From the NCBI GenBank assembly GCA_036231405.1, contig JAZAHK010000023.1, positions 1 through 48,529 of the forward strand: a DNA stretch of 48,529 nucleotides, written 5' to 3'. Shown here in pieces: positions 38,762 through 48,085 of the stretch (position 1 is its first letter; every line of letters begins with the position of its first letter). Both the position numbers and the translations under genes were made by a program. The notes beneath the pieces are model-generated. The model was not told the DNA's origin and did not search any database. It was given only the letters and a program-made list of their open reading frames with translations. This DNA is from Nitrospinota bacterium (GTDB lineage Bacteria; UBA8248).

Positions 38762-39844
38762 GTGTCTACAGAATTTATTTGGGCATTATGTTCACATCGT
38801 GCAGGGGATGGAAGTCAGGTGAATCAAAAAGTTCCTGATAGACCTGCTACTCTGGATTATCTTTCTGAAGTGACTATTGCTGCCGAAGAGTCTGGTTTTG
38901 CTAATATACTTGTTCCTTGCGGGACGCATTGTATTGATGCCTGGAATGTTGCATCTGCGGTTGCAACCAAAACAAAGAAAATTAAATTTTTAGTTGCCTT
39001 CCGACCTGGTATTACTGGTCCGGTGTATGCAGCACAACAAGCGAACAGTCTAGATTATCTTACTAACGGGAGGTGTACCCTTAATATTGTCACAGGAAGT
39101 ACACCAGTAGATCAGAAAAGATACGGGGATCCTCTTCCTCACGAAGACAGATATAAAAGAACAGAAGAATTTCTTGAAATTGTGACCAGCCTTTGGAAAA
39201 ATAAAGATCCTTTAGATTACGATGGAAATTTCTTTTCGATTGAGAACTGCAGTATTTTCCCAGATAGGAAAACGATTCCAAATCCCCCTATCTATCTCGC
39301 AGGAAGTTCTGACCCAGGAAAAAGAGTTGCCGCACGTTTTTCGGATGTACATATGATGTATGCAGCAGAGCCTAAGACTCTATCCAAGGATATAGAAGAG
39401 GTGACGGAACTTTCGAAAGAATATGAAAGGAGTTCTCCCATTGAATTTGGAATTCGTCATTTAGTATGTGTTAGAGAAACAAAAGAAGAAGCAAGACGAG
39501 CGGCAGAGGCTTTGATAGACAAAAGTGAATTGAAGAATACAGGATTTTGGTTCGATATGAAAAACAACACTGAGTCTGTTGGTCAAAAAAGAATAAATGA
39601 AATGGGATCCAGAGATAATCTTTGGCTGACTGAGACCATGTGGATGGGAGTTAACAGAGTAAGAGGTGGTGCAGGAACAATGTTTGTCGGAACCCCTGAA
39701 ATGGTAGCTAGTACAATTCGTGAATATTATGACATTGGAATTCGTCATTTTATAATGAATGGCTGGCCTCATAAGGAAGAGGCTGAAATCTTCGGCAGAG
39801 AAGTTTTGCCCCTTTTGAAAGATATGGCCCCTGTTGTTCTTTAG
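38762..39844 (+). CDS. LLM-class flavin-dependent monooxygenase (SsuD-like)
   Basis: AAEESGF..ILVP.G..C.DAW, FLVAFRPG, GR..LNIVTG, PPIYLAGSS, VGTPE.VA, GWPH.EEA; GTG start. Confidence 0.9.
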   Translation: MSTEFIWALCSHRAGDGSQVNQKVPDRPATLDYLSEVTIAAEESGFANILVPCGTHCIDAWNVASAVATKTKKIKFLVAFRPGITGPVYAAQQANSLDYLTNGRCTLNIVTGSTPVDQKRYGDPLPHEDRYKRTEEFLEIVTSLWKNKDPLDYDGNFFSIENCSIFPDRKTIPNPPIYLAGSSDPGKRVAARFSDVHMMYAAEPKTLSKDIEEVTELSKEYERSSPIEFGIRHLVCVRETKEEARRAAEALIDKSELKNTGFWFDMKNNTESVGQKRINEMGSRDNLWLTETMWMGVNRVRGGAGTMFVGTPEMVASTIREYYDIGIRHFIMNGWPHKEEAEIFGREVLPLLKDMAPVVL

Positions 39845-39862
39845 TTATTTTTTGGAAAAAAT

Positions 39863-40414
39863 ATGACTGAAAAAAGTAAGCCTATTATTCTCGGAATAAG
39901 TGGAAGTCTACGTAAAGATGCAAATACAGATAAATTGATGCAGTATATTTCTAGTCAGTTTGAAGGAAGAGATGTTACCTTTGAGTGGGTACATCCAAAA
40001 GATTTTAAACTAACTCTTCCCGGTATTGAAAATGATTCGGATGATCCTGAACATTTTCGAGAAAAAGTTTTATCCTGCAATGGAATTTTATTTGTTACGC
40101 CGGAATATCACGGTAGTCTCAGTAGTAGTCTTAAAATGCTTATAGATAATTTAGGTTATCCTTCGACACTGGAAGGCAAGAATGTCTCTTTGTTTGGGGT
40201 AGCTATGGGACCAAGTGCCGATAATGCAATTCGTCATTTAAAAGAGATTTTGGCTGTTGTGAATGCTAATGTTTTGCCTATAGAAACATCGATTGGAAGC
40301 ATCCATAAAGTTTTTGATGGAGATAATGTTAATCTGGAAAAAGAACTACAGGATTCGATTAATGATTCGATTTCTGAGTTGATCACTATATGTTCTAATC
40401 AGAATTCAAGCTAA
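39863..40414 (+). CDS. NAD(P)H-dependent FMN reductase (SsuE-like)
   Basis: GISGSLR..ANT and TPEYHGSLSSSLK..ID. Confidence 0.9.
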   Translation: MTEKSKPIILGISGSLRKDANTDKLMQYISSQFEGRDVTFEWVHPKDFKLTLPGIENDSDDPEHFREKVLSCNGILFVTPEYHGSLSSSLKMLIDNLGYPSTLEGKNVSLFGVAMGPSADNAIRHLKEILAVVNANVLPIETSIGSIHKVFDGDNVNLEKELQDSINDSISELITICSNQNSS

Positions 40415-40423
40415 AATCTTTCC

Positions 40424-41194
40424 ATGAGTGAAGAAAAATACCCTTTTATTCAAGTAAAAAATAAAAAACAGATTGCGTACCGTAGACTCGAGGGACGTTC
40501 TCCTGGGGTGATGTTTTTAGGAGGATTTCGTTCTGATATGGAGGGGACGAAAGCTTGCTCTTTAGAATTACACTGTAAGGCGGTGGGAAGAAGTTTTTTG
40601 AAGTTTGATTATACGGGGCATGGTTCGTCTTCTGGTAACTTTAATGATGGGACTATAGGGAGTTGGACTGATGATGCCATAGCAGTTTTAGATGAAGTTT
40701 CAACTGGTCCTCAAGTTTTAGTAGGTTCAAGTATGGGGGGATGGATATCGATATTATGTGCTTTAGCCAGACCGAAAAAGATTTGCGGTATTGTTGGAGT
40801 GGCATCAGCTCCAGACTTTACGGAAGAGTTGATTTGGAATCAATTTTCTGAAGAACAACGTAAGGAAATACAGGTAGAGGGTAGTTTGAACTTAAATACA
40901 GAATATTCTGAAGATCCCCATGTCATTACCAGAGATTTGATAGAGGAGGGGAGAAACCATCTGGTTTTAGGGAGTGATATCCCTCTTCGTTGTCCTCTTC
41001 GTCTTATCCATGGAATACAAGATTTTGACGTTCCATGGAATTTTTCGGAAAAATTACTGAATTCCTTTTCGGGTGAAAATGTGAATCTAACTCTGATCAA
41101 GGAGGGAGATCATAGGCTATCAAGGCCACAGGACATAAAACTACTGATTGATACAGTAGAAACTTTATGTATTGAAATAGAAGAACCTATCTAG
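40424..41194 (+). CDS. alpha/beta hydrolase
   Basis: GGFRSDMEGTKA, FDYTGHG, nucleophile GSSMGG, HG.QD.DVP, GDHRLS. Confidence 0.92.
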   Translation: MSEEKYPFIQVKNKKQIAYRRLEGRSPGVMFLGGFRSDMEGTKACSLELHCKAVGRSFLKFDYTGHGSSSGNFNDGTIGSWTDDAIAVLDEVSTGPQVLVGSSMGGWISILCALARPKKICGIVGVASAPDFTEELIWNQFSEEQRKEIQVEGSLNLNTEYSEDPHVITRDLIEEGRNHLVLGSDIPLRCPLRLIHGIQDFDVPWNFSEKLLNSFSGENVNLTLIKEGDHRLSRPQDIKLLIDTVETLCIEIEEPI

Positions 41195-41209
41195 TATCTA
41201 TTACAAATT

Positions 41210-41572
41210 CTATTTCACTAGTAGTAGCTTGAAGCCCACACCGATACACAGAATTGCTACTGTTCTTTTGATTAGATGTGGGGATACAACACTTAATACG
41301 TACGCTCCTACATATCCCCCAAAAATGCCACCCGCTGCCATCCATAATAGATATTGCCAGACGATATATCCCCTTTTAAGGTTTTCAAAAGAAGCCATTG
41401 CATTTACAAATAAGGCAGCAAAAACTGAAAGAGCAATCGCTTGTTTCGGATTTAGAAATGGTAGGGAAAGGAGGATAGGTACGTTGATGATTCCCCACCC
41501 AATTCCGGTAGCCGAATTAATTGCACCTATGATAACGCCTATTGCTAAAAGAAAAAAACCATACGGATCCAC
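41210..41572 (-). CDS. half-size TauE/SafE (TSUP) family membrane protein
   Basis: GAINSATGIGWG..NVP.L, P.QAIA.S, G.FGGYVGA; GTG start 6 nt after GGAGG. Confidence 0.8.
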   Translation of the reverse strand: MDPYGFFLLAIGVIIGAINSATGIGWGIINVPILLSLPFLNPKQAIALSVFAALFVNAMASFENLKRGYIVWQYLLWMAAGGIFGGYVGAYVLSVVSPHLIKRTVAILCIGVGFKLLLVK

Positions 41573-41709
41573 ACATTACCTCCAATCTTTGATAATTAAA
41601 AAAACATACATTGAAAAATAGCATGGATTATGTGTTAGAGAGAAGAAGAATGGAGATTTATAGGAAGTATCATAGTTTGATATTAGAAGAAAAGAGAGGC
41701 ACTAAAATA

Positions 41710-41784
<75 letters not shown>

Positions 41785-41793
41785 ATGTTTTTT

Positions 41794-41868
41794 ATTCTAA
41801 CAGGTTCCAAATTTAAATCAAAGATTCAAACAGTAGAACTTATATTAATGAAAGGTTTTCTTTGTCAA
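41794..41868 (-). promoter_or_regulatory. tandem sigma70-like promoters for tRNA-Asn
   Basis: Distal TTGACA (41868-41863) with TAATAT/TATAAG 15-18 nt downstream; proximal TTGATT-N16-TAGAAT with extended -10 TG (41821-41794). Confidence 0.55.
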
Positions 41869-41983
41869 GGCGTGTGATTTTTTTGCTCTCATTAAATTTA
41901 TTAGTCTTTTGTTGTTTTTTTGTGTTCAATTCATTTATGGTTTATGTTCATGGAAAACATTTAATCAATTTAGTGTGGTTGGG

Positions 41984-43099
41984 ATGGCAATGAGTCGAGG
42001 ACGATCGGTTGGTTTGGCGATAGTGGGATGCGGTAAAATTGGTAGAATACGTGCTGAATTCGCAAGGAAAAATGCAGCAATTGAATGGATAGGTCTTTGT
42101 GATATTGACAGGAAAATTGGTGAAAAATTAACCGAGGATATACAGGCAGATTTCTTTACTCAGGACTATAGGGAACTATTGTCGAGAAGTGAAGTGGACG
42201 CTGTTGTGGTTTCTACGTTTGCAAGTGAACGCATAGGTCCCGTTCTTGCTGCAATTGAACGAGGGCATTCCCTTTTTATTGAGAAACAATTAGCGACGAG
42301 TCCTGAAGAATCGGAAAAATTGGTACATGCGATAGAAGATGCGAATATCGACGCGGTTTTGGGTTATTCTCAGCGGTTTCGAAGAAGGTTTATGGAAACA
42401 AAAAATAGAATTGCAAGTGGTCAACTAGGTGATGTGACTTCTGTAGTAGTGAGAGCTTTTTTAAATAGTTTTAATCCCAGAGTGAATTCTTTGAAATCCG
42501 AATTTCCTCATCGTCTGACTCCTATGGTCATTTCAGGGACACATTCTATGGATTTATGTCAATGGTTTTTATCTGAAAAGAAGCCTGTGGAGGTATATGC
42601 AAAGTCTGTTGTTGGAGAACTGGCAGAATTTGGCACGAAAGATTCTACATTTTCTATTATCACATATGATGATGGAAGTATGTTGAGCATGTCGGTTAGT
42701 TGGTCCCTGGCAACCGTTTGGCCTGGGGAGGTGTACACTATGGATATAGGAATTGTTGGAACGGAAGGGGTCCTGACCATTGATGATTCACACAGAGATA
42801 TTGTTTTGGCTACTGAAAAACCACATCCTACCCATAGACCGGGGGAAGGGAAGAATGTGAGTTTTCTGGGTAGTTATCCACCTGGAGATTATGTCTTTGA
42901 TCAACTATGGGGACCTATGCGTGAGGAGACTAAATCTTGGCACGACCGAATTTGTTTGGGAGAAGAAACTCCACATACTACTGCTTCTGAGGGTCATGAA
43001 AATCTAATGATATGTCTGGCGATGGATCTTTCTGCAAAGATTGAAGAGCCAGTGAAATTTCCCGTGCCTTTGGAAGAGTTTAGCCGGCACCTGAACTAA
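41984..43099 (+). CDS. Gfo/Idh/MocA family oxidoreductase
   Basis: IVGCGKIG, VDAVVVS, FIEKQ (usually EKP), GYSQRF, GTH..D, GTEG; start at 41984 or 41990. Confidence 0.9.
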   Translation: MAMSRGRSVGLAIVGCGKIGRIRAEFARKNAAIEWIGLCDIDRKIGEKLTEDIQADFFTQDYRELLSRSEVDAVVVSTFASERIGPVLAAIERGHSLFIEKQLATSPEESEKLVHAIEDANIDAVLGYSQRFRRRFMETKNRIASGQLGDVTSVVVRAFLNSFNPRVNSLKSEFPHRLTPMVISGTHSMDLCQWFLSEKKPVEVYAKSVVGELAEFGTKDSTFSIITYDDGSMLSMSVSWSLATVWPGEVYTMDIGIVGTEGVLTIDDSHRDIVLATEKPHPTHRPGEGKNVSFLGSYPPGDYVFDQLWGPMREETKSWHDRICLGEETPHTTASEGHENLMICLAMDLSAKIEEPVKFPVPLEEFSRHLN

Positions 43100-43114
43100 T
43101 CTGATTTTATATTC

Positions 43115-43378
43115 CTAAGTTTTTCTTGATATTTTGAGAACAAGAAGTCCAATAATTGGAAATGCAAGAAGTAATGATCCAAAAAATAAGATTCCAAACC
43201 ACAACAGAATTCCGAATTTGAATCTAGTCATGTAAGAAAATGGGCCGCTTAGCAGAAATCCGCCGAGAACAGCAAAAACTATATTAAATAAAATTGACCA
43301 CAACACCAAGTGCCCAATCAATCTACGGTTTTTTGATTTTTCAACTGGCAGTTTGAATGTATTGTCATTATTTTCCAT
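43115..43378 (-). CDS. small two-helix membrane protein
   Basis: ATG at 43378 (the longer ORF overlaps the cupin gene); two hydrophobic helices. Confidence 0.65.
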   Translation of the reverse strand: MENNDNTFKLPVEKSKNRRLIGHLVLWSILFNIVFAVLGGFLLSGPFSYMTRFKFGILLWFGILFFGSLLLAFPIIGLLVLKISRKT

Positions 43379-43446
43379 ACTCTTAATGTAAGAGAAAACT
43401 ATGAAAGAATCAATTTTTCTATTTATTTTATATTGGAGGAGACTAG

Positions 43447-43794
43447 ATGGAGTCATATCATTGGGATGAAATTGTTTCACACGACAAGGGAGATAGGATA
43501 CAGAGTGTGATTGCAGGAGAAAGAATAACTGTTTTACGGCAAAGGATACGTGCTGGAGAAAAAATTTATAATCCGCATGCACATCATCAAGAGCAGATTA
43601 GTATAGTGCTCGAAGGAAAAGCAAAATTCTTTTTTGGGGATAAAGAAGTTGTATTGTCTAGGGGAGGTGTTGTCGTTTTTCCACCCGATAAGGAGCATGC
43701 TACGGAAAATGTAGGAAGTGGAGATCTTGTTATAGAAGAAATATTTTCCCCAGGGAATGAAATACTAAACGAGATTGCAGCTACTCCTGATTAG
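43447..43794 (+). CDS. cupin domain protein
   Basis: PHAH.QEQ..IVLEG and G.VV.FPP...H motifs; GGAGGAG SD. Confidence 0.92.
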   Translation: MESYHWDEIVSHDKGDRIQSVIAGERITVLRQRIRAGEKIYNPHAHHQEQISIVLEGKAKFFFGDKEVVLSRGGVVVFPPDKEHATENVGSGDLVIEEIFSPGNEILNEIAATPD

Positions 43795-44617
43795 TTTTTT
43801 TTGTTTTTGCTATAAAATTTTTCCAGATTTCCCAATATAGCCTTCCTCCGACACTGAATGTGTCGTTGTGGTTTGCTCCTTTTATTTCAAAAAACTGTTT
43901 TGGTTCAGAAGCTAGGCGAAATAGATTTTTCCCTTGTTGAATTGGAACTATTGTATCTTGGTTGCCATGTAGTATTAGTAGTGGAATTTGAACTGAACTG
44001 ATGACCCCTCTTGTGTCGTATCTTTGTTTGATCATCCATTTGAGTGGGAGAAAAGGAAAAATTTTCTTTCCCATTTCGATCGTATTTTCAAATGGTGATT
44101 CCAGAATCAAAGCTTGTGCAGATTTTTTTTCTGTAGATAATTTGGCTGCTATTGCAGCACCTAAAGATCTTCCGAATAGAACGATACGATTTTCAGGAAT
44201 CCTTTTTGAAAGCCAAGCATATGCTCCTACTATGTCTGAATACAAACCTTTTTCACTAGGGACTCCTTCACTTAACCCGTAACCTCGGTAATCAAAAATA
44301 AAAACTCCCACATCCAAATATTTCTGCATAAGTAAAATATTTTCTATCCGATGTGAAATATTTCCAGCATTGCCATGGGACCAAAGTATTACAGAATTAT
44401 CCATACTTTGGGGCGGAAAGTACCATCCGTGTAATTTTGTGTTGTCGAATGAAGAAAATCTCACTTCTTTAAATTTAAAATTTAACTCTTCAGGATTAGA
44501 GTTTATAGACTGAGAAGGATGGTATAAGAAGAAATTCTCAATTCTATTAAAGAAACTTATCATCAAGATTCCTAGAAAGATGAGGATGCAAAAACTTAGG
44601 GATATAATTTTACGCAA
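43781..44617 (-). CDS. alpha/beta hydrolase with N-terminal membrane anchor (ABHD13/Bem46-like)
   Basis: HGNAGN, FDYRGYG.SEG.PSE.GLY, GRSLG, HG.QD.IVP, GANHND. Confidence 0.92.
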   Translation of the reverse strand: MRKIISLSFCILIFLGILMISFFNRIENFFLYHPSQSINSNPEELNFKFKEVRFSSFDNTKLHGWYFPPQSMDNSVILWSHGNAGNISHRIENILLMQKYLDVGVFIFDYRGYGLSEGVPSEKGLYSDIVGAYAWLSKRIPENRIVLFGRSLGAAIAAKLSTEKKSAQALILESPFENTIEMGKKIFPFLPLKWMIKQRYDTRGVISSVQIPLLILHGNQDTIVPIQQGKNLFRLASEPKQFFEIKGANHNDTFSVGGRLYWEIWKNFIAKTKKTNQE

Positions 44618-44629
44618 TCTTGTTAGTCT

Positions 44630-45058
44630 TTAATTATCTTGGAAGATTTCTACATGCAATTTTTTTATGCATAAGTCTTGAATTGTTACTATCCCTTCTT
44701 TAACAAGGATATCTCTGCTAGTTGGGTCATAAATACCCTCTTGCATCCAAAAATATTTAGGTATGTATTTCATTTTTAGAGTCTCCCTTGTTAATCGTGG
44801 AATTTCATTCTTTCTTCTGAAAATGTTTATCATGTCAACTTCTTCTTCTATTTTTAGAAGAGAGTCATATGCCTTTATACCTAAGGATTCATCGATATTA
44901 GGATTCACGGGAATAATTTTGAAATTATTTTTTTGTAGGAACTCTGCAATTTTATAACTCGTTCTGTGTTCTTTGTTAGATAGACCAACGATAGCGATGG
45001 AATTAGTCTGTTCCAGTATGCGAGAAATAGTTTCTTTGTCAGGATTTGTGTCTATCAT
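44630..45058 (-). CDS. CoA-binding protein (YccU-like)
   Basis: IAIVGLS...RTS, IIPVNP, VDMINIFR, WMQEG, DLC; ATG at 45058 after AGGA. Confidence 0.92.
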   Translation of the reverse strand: MIDTNPDKETISRILEQTNSIAIVGLSNKEHRTSYKIAEFLQKNNFKIIPVNPNIDESLGIKAYDSLLKIEEEVDMINIFRRKNEIPRLTRETLKMKYIPKYFWMQEGIYDPTSRDILVKEGIVTIQDLCIKKLHVEIFQDN

Positions 45059-45208
45059 TTTTGTAGTCCTATAATTTTTACAATGACAAGTAATAATTTT
45101 CGTTTGTGTTACAATTTTTGTAGTGATGTAAAAGAATTTTACATCCATTAATTATGAAACTAAAGCATTATAAAGAAAAACCAGAATTTCAAATTGAGGA
45201 TATGAAAA

Positions 45209-45892
45209 ATGCATAAAATGAAGACAATCCAAATTTTTCACGAGTATCACTGACCATGGGCTTATCTTGCCGCGGCGCGGTTAGATCATGTCTGGGAAGA
45301 GTTCGAAGGTTCTGCTCATCTTAATTGGAGAGCTTTTCCTTTAGAAATAATTAATAAAAGACCTGCCCCAAGACATATAGTCGATCAGGAATGGCCATTG
45401 GTAGCAGTTCAAGAACCACTTGCTCCTTGCGCTGCATGGCCACATGAAGAATATGTGCGGACGACTTTACTAGCATATGAAGCATATAAATGTGCTTTTC
45501 TTCAATCTCCAGCTAAATCGAGAGAATTTGATTTGAAATTAAGGCGTGCTTTCTTTTATGAAGGGAGAAGAATAGATGAAAATGATGTGCTTTGCGAAAT
45601 TGCTTCTGAGTCTAATTTGGACGCAGATAAAGTTCGAAATGATCTAGAGTTAAGGCGTTTTCAAAATGCTGTAATTGAAGACTATGATGATTCTATGAAT
45701 CTTAGAGATGAGAAACAGATTCCGATGACGAGTCCTACTTTAATTTTCCCAAATGGAAATATCGTTCATAACCCATATGCATCTGAGAAAAAGATTGAAA
45801 ACGGAAAATTGATTGAAGTTCATGCTCCAACTGCATATGGCGAAGATGTTTATGGAGGTTTTAGAAAAATTTTGAGGGATGGTTTACTTTAG
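45209..45892 (+). CDS. DsbA/FrnE-like thioredoxin-fold protein with in-frame TGA (probable selenocysteine, UxxA motif)
   Basis: GAGGA SD, ATG at 45209, MHKMKTIQIFHEYH-TGA(45251-45253)-PWAYLAAARL...WRAFPLE, continuous with ORF 45398..45892, which carries RRAFF and cis-Pro SPT. Confidence 0.85.
45254..45290 (+). promoter_or_regulatory. putative bacterial SECIS element
   Basis: CATG..ATCT-T-GCCGC-[GGC]-GCGGT-T-AGAT-CATG hairpin; G-initiated apical loop 20 nt after the UGA. Confidence 0.7.
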
Positions 45893-45925
45893 TAATCACA
45901 AATTTTCGCATGATAGGATCAATTG

Positions 45926-46744
45926 ATGCAATTTAGAAAATTGGGGCGGACTGATTTTTTAGTAAGTGAGATAGGATTGGGGACGTACAAGAATCTTGAT
46001 GTTGAAACCACTGAAGGACAATTACATTGTAATGCACTAGTAAAGGAAGCAGTGAAATACGGAGTAAATTTTTTTGATACTGCCCCTATGTACGGAAACT
46101 CTGAAAAAGTTCTAGGAAATGCAATGTATCCTATTGAAAATAAATGCTTTTATGCAAGTAAAGTACTTGAGTCAAATCCTAGAAATGCGTTTGAAAGTAT
46201 AGAACGAACCTTGATTAGATTACAGGTCGATACGATAGATCTTATGCAAATTCATAATATGTCTTCATGGAGAGAGGTTACTCCAGTACTGGAAGAGTTC
46301 AGGAAAGAAGGGAAAATACGTTTTATTGGAGTTACTGATTACCGTGTTTCAAATTATCCAGAAGTTTTAACGGCTCTTAAAACCGGAGTGTTTGATACGG
46401 TACAAATTCCTTATTATTTGGGGGAGAAAACCTGTAAAGATTTTTTATTCCCGGTTGTTAGAGATTTGAATATTGGAGTAATTGTGATGACTCCAATTTC
46501 TCCAATTTTTGCAAGAGGAAGCTTGACTAATAAACTCTCTACAAAGGATATTAGTTTTTTGAAAGCATTTGGTATCAACACTCCTGGTCAGGCACTTTTG
46601 AAATATCTTCTGTCAGATCCAGATATTTCCACAATTATTCCCGCTACGAGTAAAATTAAAAGAATTAGCGAAAATGTTTTGCCTTCTGACGAAATTTTTT
46701 TAGATGCTGAGTCAATAGAAAGACTTGAGTCTCTGTTGGAATAA
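45926..46744 (+). CDS. aldo/keto reductase
   Basis: FRKLGRT...VSEIGLGT, FFDTAPMYG.SE, IDLMQIHN, GKIRFIGV. Confidence 0.93.
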   Translation: MQFRKLGRTDFLVSEIGLGTYKNLDVETTEGQLHCNALVKEAVKYGVNFFDTAPMYGNSEKVLGNAMYPIENKCFYASKVLESNPRNAFESIERTLIRLQVDTIDLMQIHNMSSWREVTPVLEEFRKEGKIRFIGVTDYRVSNYPEVLTALKTGVFDTVQIPYYLGEKTCKDFLFPVVRDLNIGVIVMTPISPIFARGSLTNKLSTKDISFLKAFGINTPGQALLKYLLSDPDISTIIPATSKIKRISENVLPSDEIFLDAESIERLESLLE

Positions 46745-46867
46745 TTTCAACTAAATAGTAATTAGTAGAAAATAGTTTTTGTGTCGTTTGACTTTAAGAC
46801 CAGAAACAATTCAAATAATTATATTATTGGAAAATTTTAATAGTTCATTATTTTATATGAGGTGCAT

Positions 46868-48052
46868 ATGCAGTATCCATTTACAGATGAACAAAAAGCT
46901 CTAGCTGATCTTACAAAAGATTTTATGGAACGTGAGGTATTGCCAGTAGCAGCTGAAATGGACAGGTATCCTGATCCTAAAGATTGCTACCCTGCAGAAC
47001 TCATCAATAAGGCGTCAAAGATTGGTTTGAGGACGTTGGCTGTACCGGAAGAGTATGGTGGTTCGGGTACTGATCTGCTGACGAGAACTCTTGTTTTATG
47101 GACAGGCGCTCAAATAGAAATTGGTGTTATTAAGTGTATGAGTCAATGTTGGAAAGTTTCTTCAACTCTATTCAAATGCGGAACCAAAAAGCAACTTGAA
47201 AAATGGGGAAAAATGTTTGTGGAAGACGATGACTGCGTAGGTTCCATTCTCCAAACAGAACCTGACTATGGTTCGGATAACATTTTACGTCAACCAGACC
47301 CTAAGATAGGATTGAAAACATCTGCTGTTCAGGATGGAGATTATTGGGTTATTAACGGGGCAAAACGCTTTACCTCTTTGACTTCTTGGGCGAAGATTTT
47401 GCTCGTTTGTGCTAGAACCAATCCTGATGTAGCTGTGCATGAAGGTAGCACATATTTTTTGGTGAATGGGGAGCAAGATGGTGTTTCTTATGGAAGAGTT
47501 CACGATAAAATGGGATATAGATTATACCCAAATGCTGAAAGTTTTTTCGATAATGTACGGGTTCATAAAGACGATATCCTAGGCGAGGTGAATGAAGGGT
47601 ACCAAATTTTCTCTTCTTTCTTTAGAGGAAGTGCAGAATTAATTGCCTGTAATAGTGGGGTTTGTAGAGGTATTTATGATTATTGTTATCAACATGCAAA
47701 AGAAAGAATCCAAGGTGGTAAGCCAATTATAGAACATCCAACTGTACAAACCATGTTATCCGAAATGTTGATGAATATAGAAGTAGCCGAGCAGTTCATG
47801 TGGAGAATATGTTGGGGTGTTGACGAAGATGAGAGTTTTAATCCACGATATACAAGACATGGAAAAGTTTTTATTGATCAGGTTGCACTTAAAACAATAG
47901 CACTAGCAACAGATATCCTTGGTGGTATTGGGATAATGAAAGAGACGCCTACAGAGAAGATGTTCCGGGATCTCTTAACTTTCCTTCATGGAGATGGAAC
48001 GGATTCTCTGACACTTCTGAGAATTGCTCAAACTTTGGAAAATCCTGCATAG
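46868..48052 (+). CDS. acyl-CoA dehydrogenase family protein with divergent active site
   Basis: VPEEYGGSG, TEPDYGSD, INGAKRF, KMGYR, RIQGGKPI, LGGIG; HGDGT replaces the usual YEGT. Confidence 0.9.
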   Translation: MQYPFTDEQKALADLTKDFMEREVLPVAAEMDRYPDPKDCYPAELINKASKIGLRTLAVPEEYGGSGTDLLTRTLVLWTGAQIEIGVIKCMSQCWKVSSTLFKCGTKKQLEKWGKMFVEDDDCVGSILQTEPDYGSDNILRQPDPKIGLKTSAVQDGDYWVINGAKRFTSLTSWAKILLVCARTNPDVAVHEGSTYFLVNGEQDGVSYGRVHDKMGYRLYPNAESFFDNVRVHKDDILGEVNEGYQIFSSFFRGSAELIACNSGVCRGIYDYCYQHAKERIQGGKPIIEHPTVQTMLSEMLMNIEVAEQFMWRICWGVDEDESFNPRYTRHGKVFIDQVALKTIALATDILGGIGIMKETPTEKMFRDLLTFLHGDGTDSLTLLRIAQTLENPA

Positions 48053-48085
48053 TTCACTATTGAGTCATTAATCTCTGGAGAAAAA

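Noticed and set aside
39449-39750. Repeated GGAATTCGTCATTT inside the LLM gene
   Set aside because: Both copies encode GIRH in frame; a short coding coincidence, not an array.
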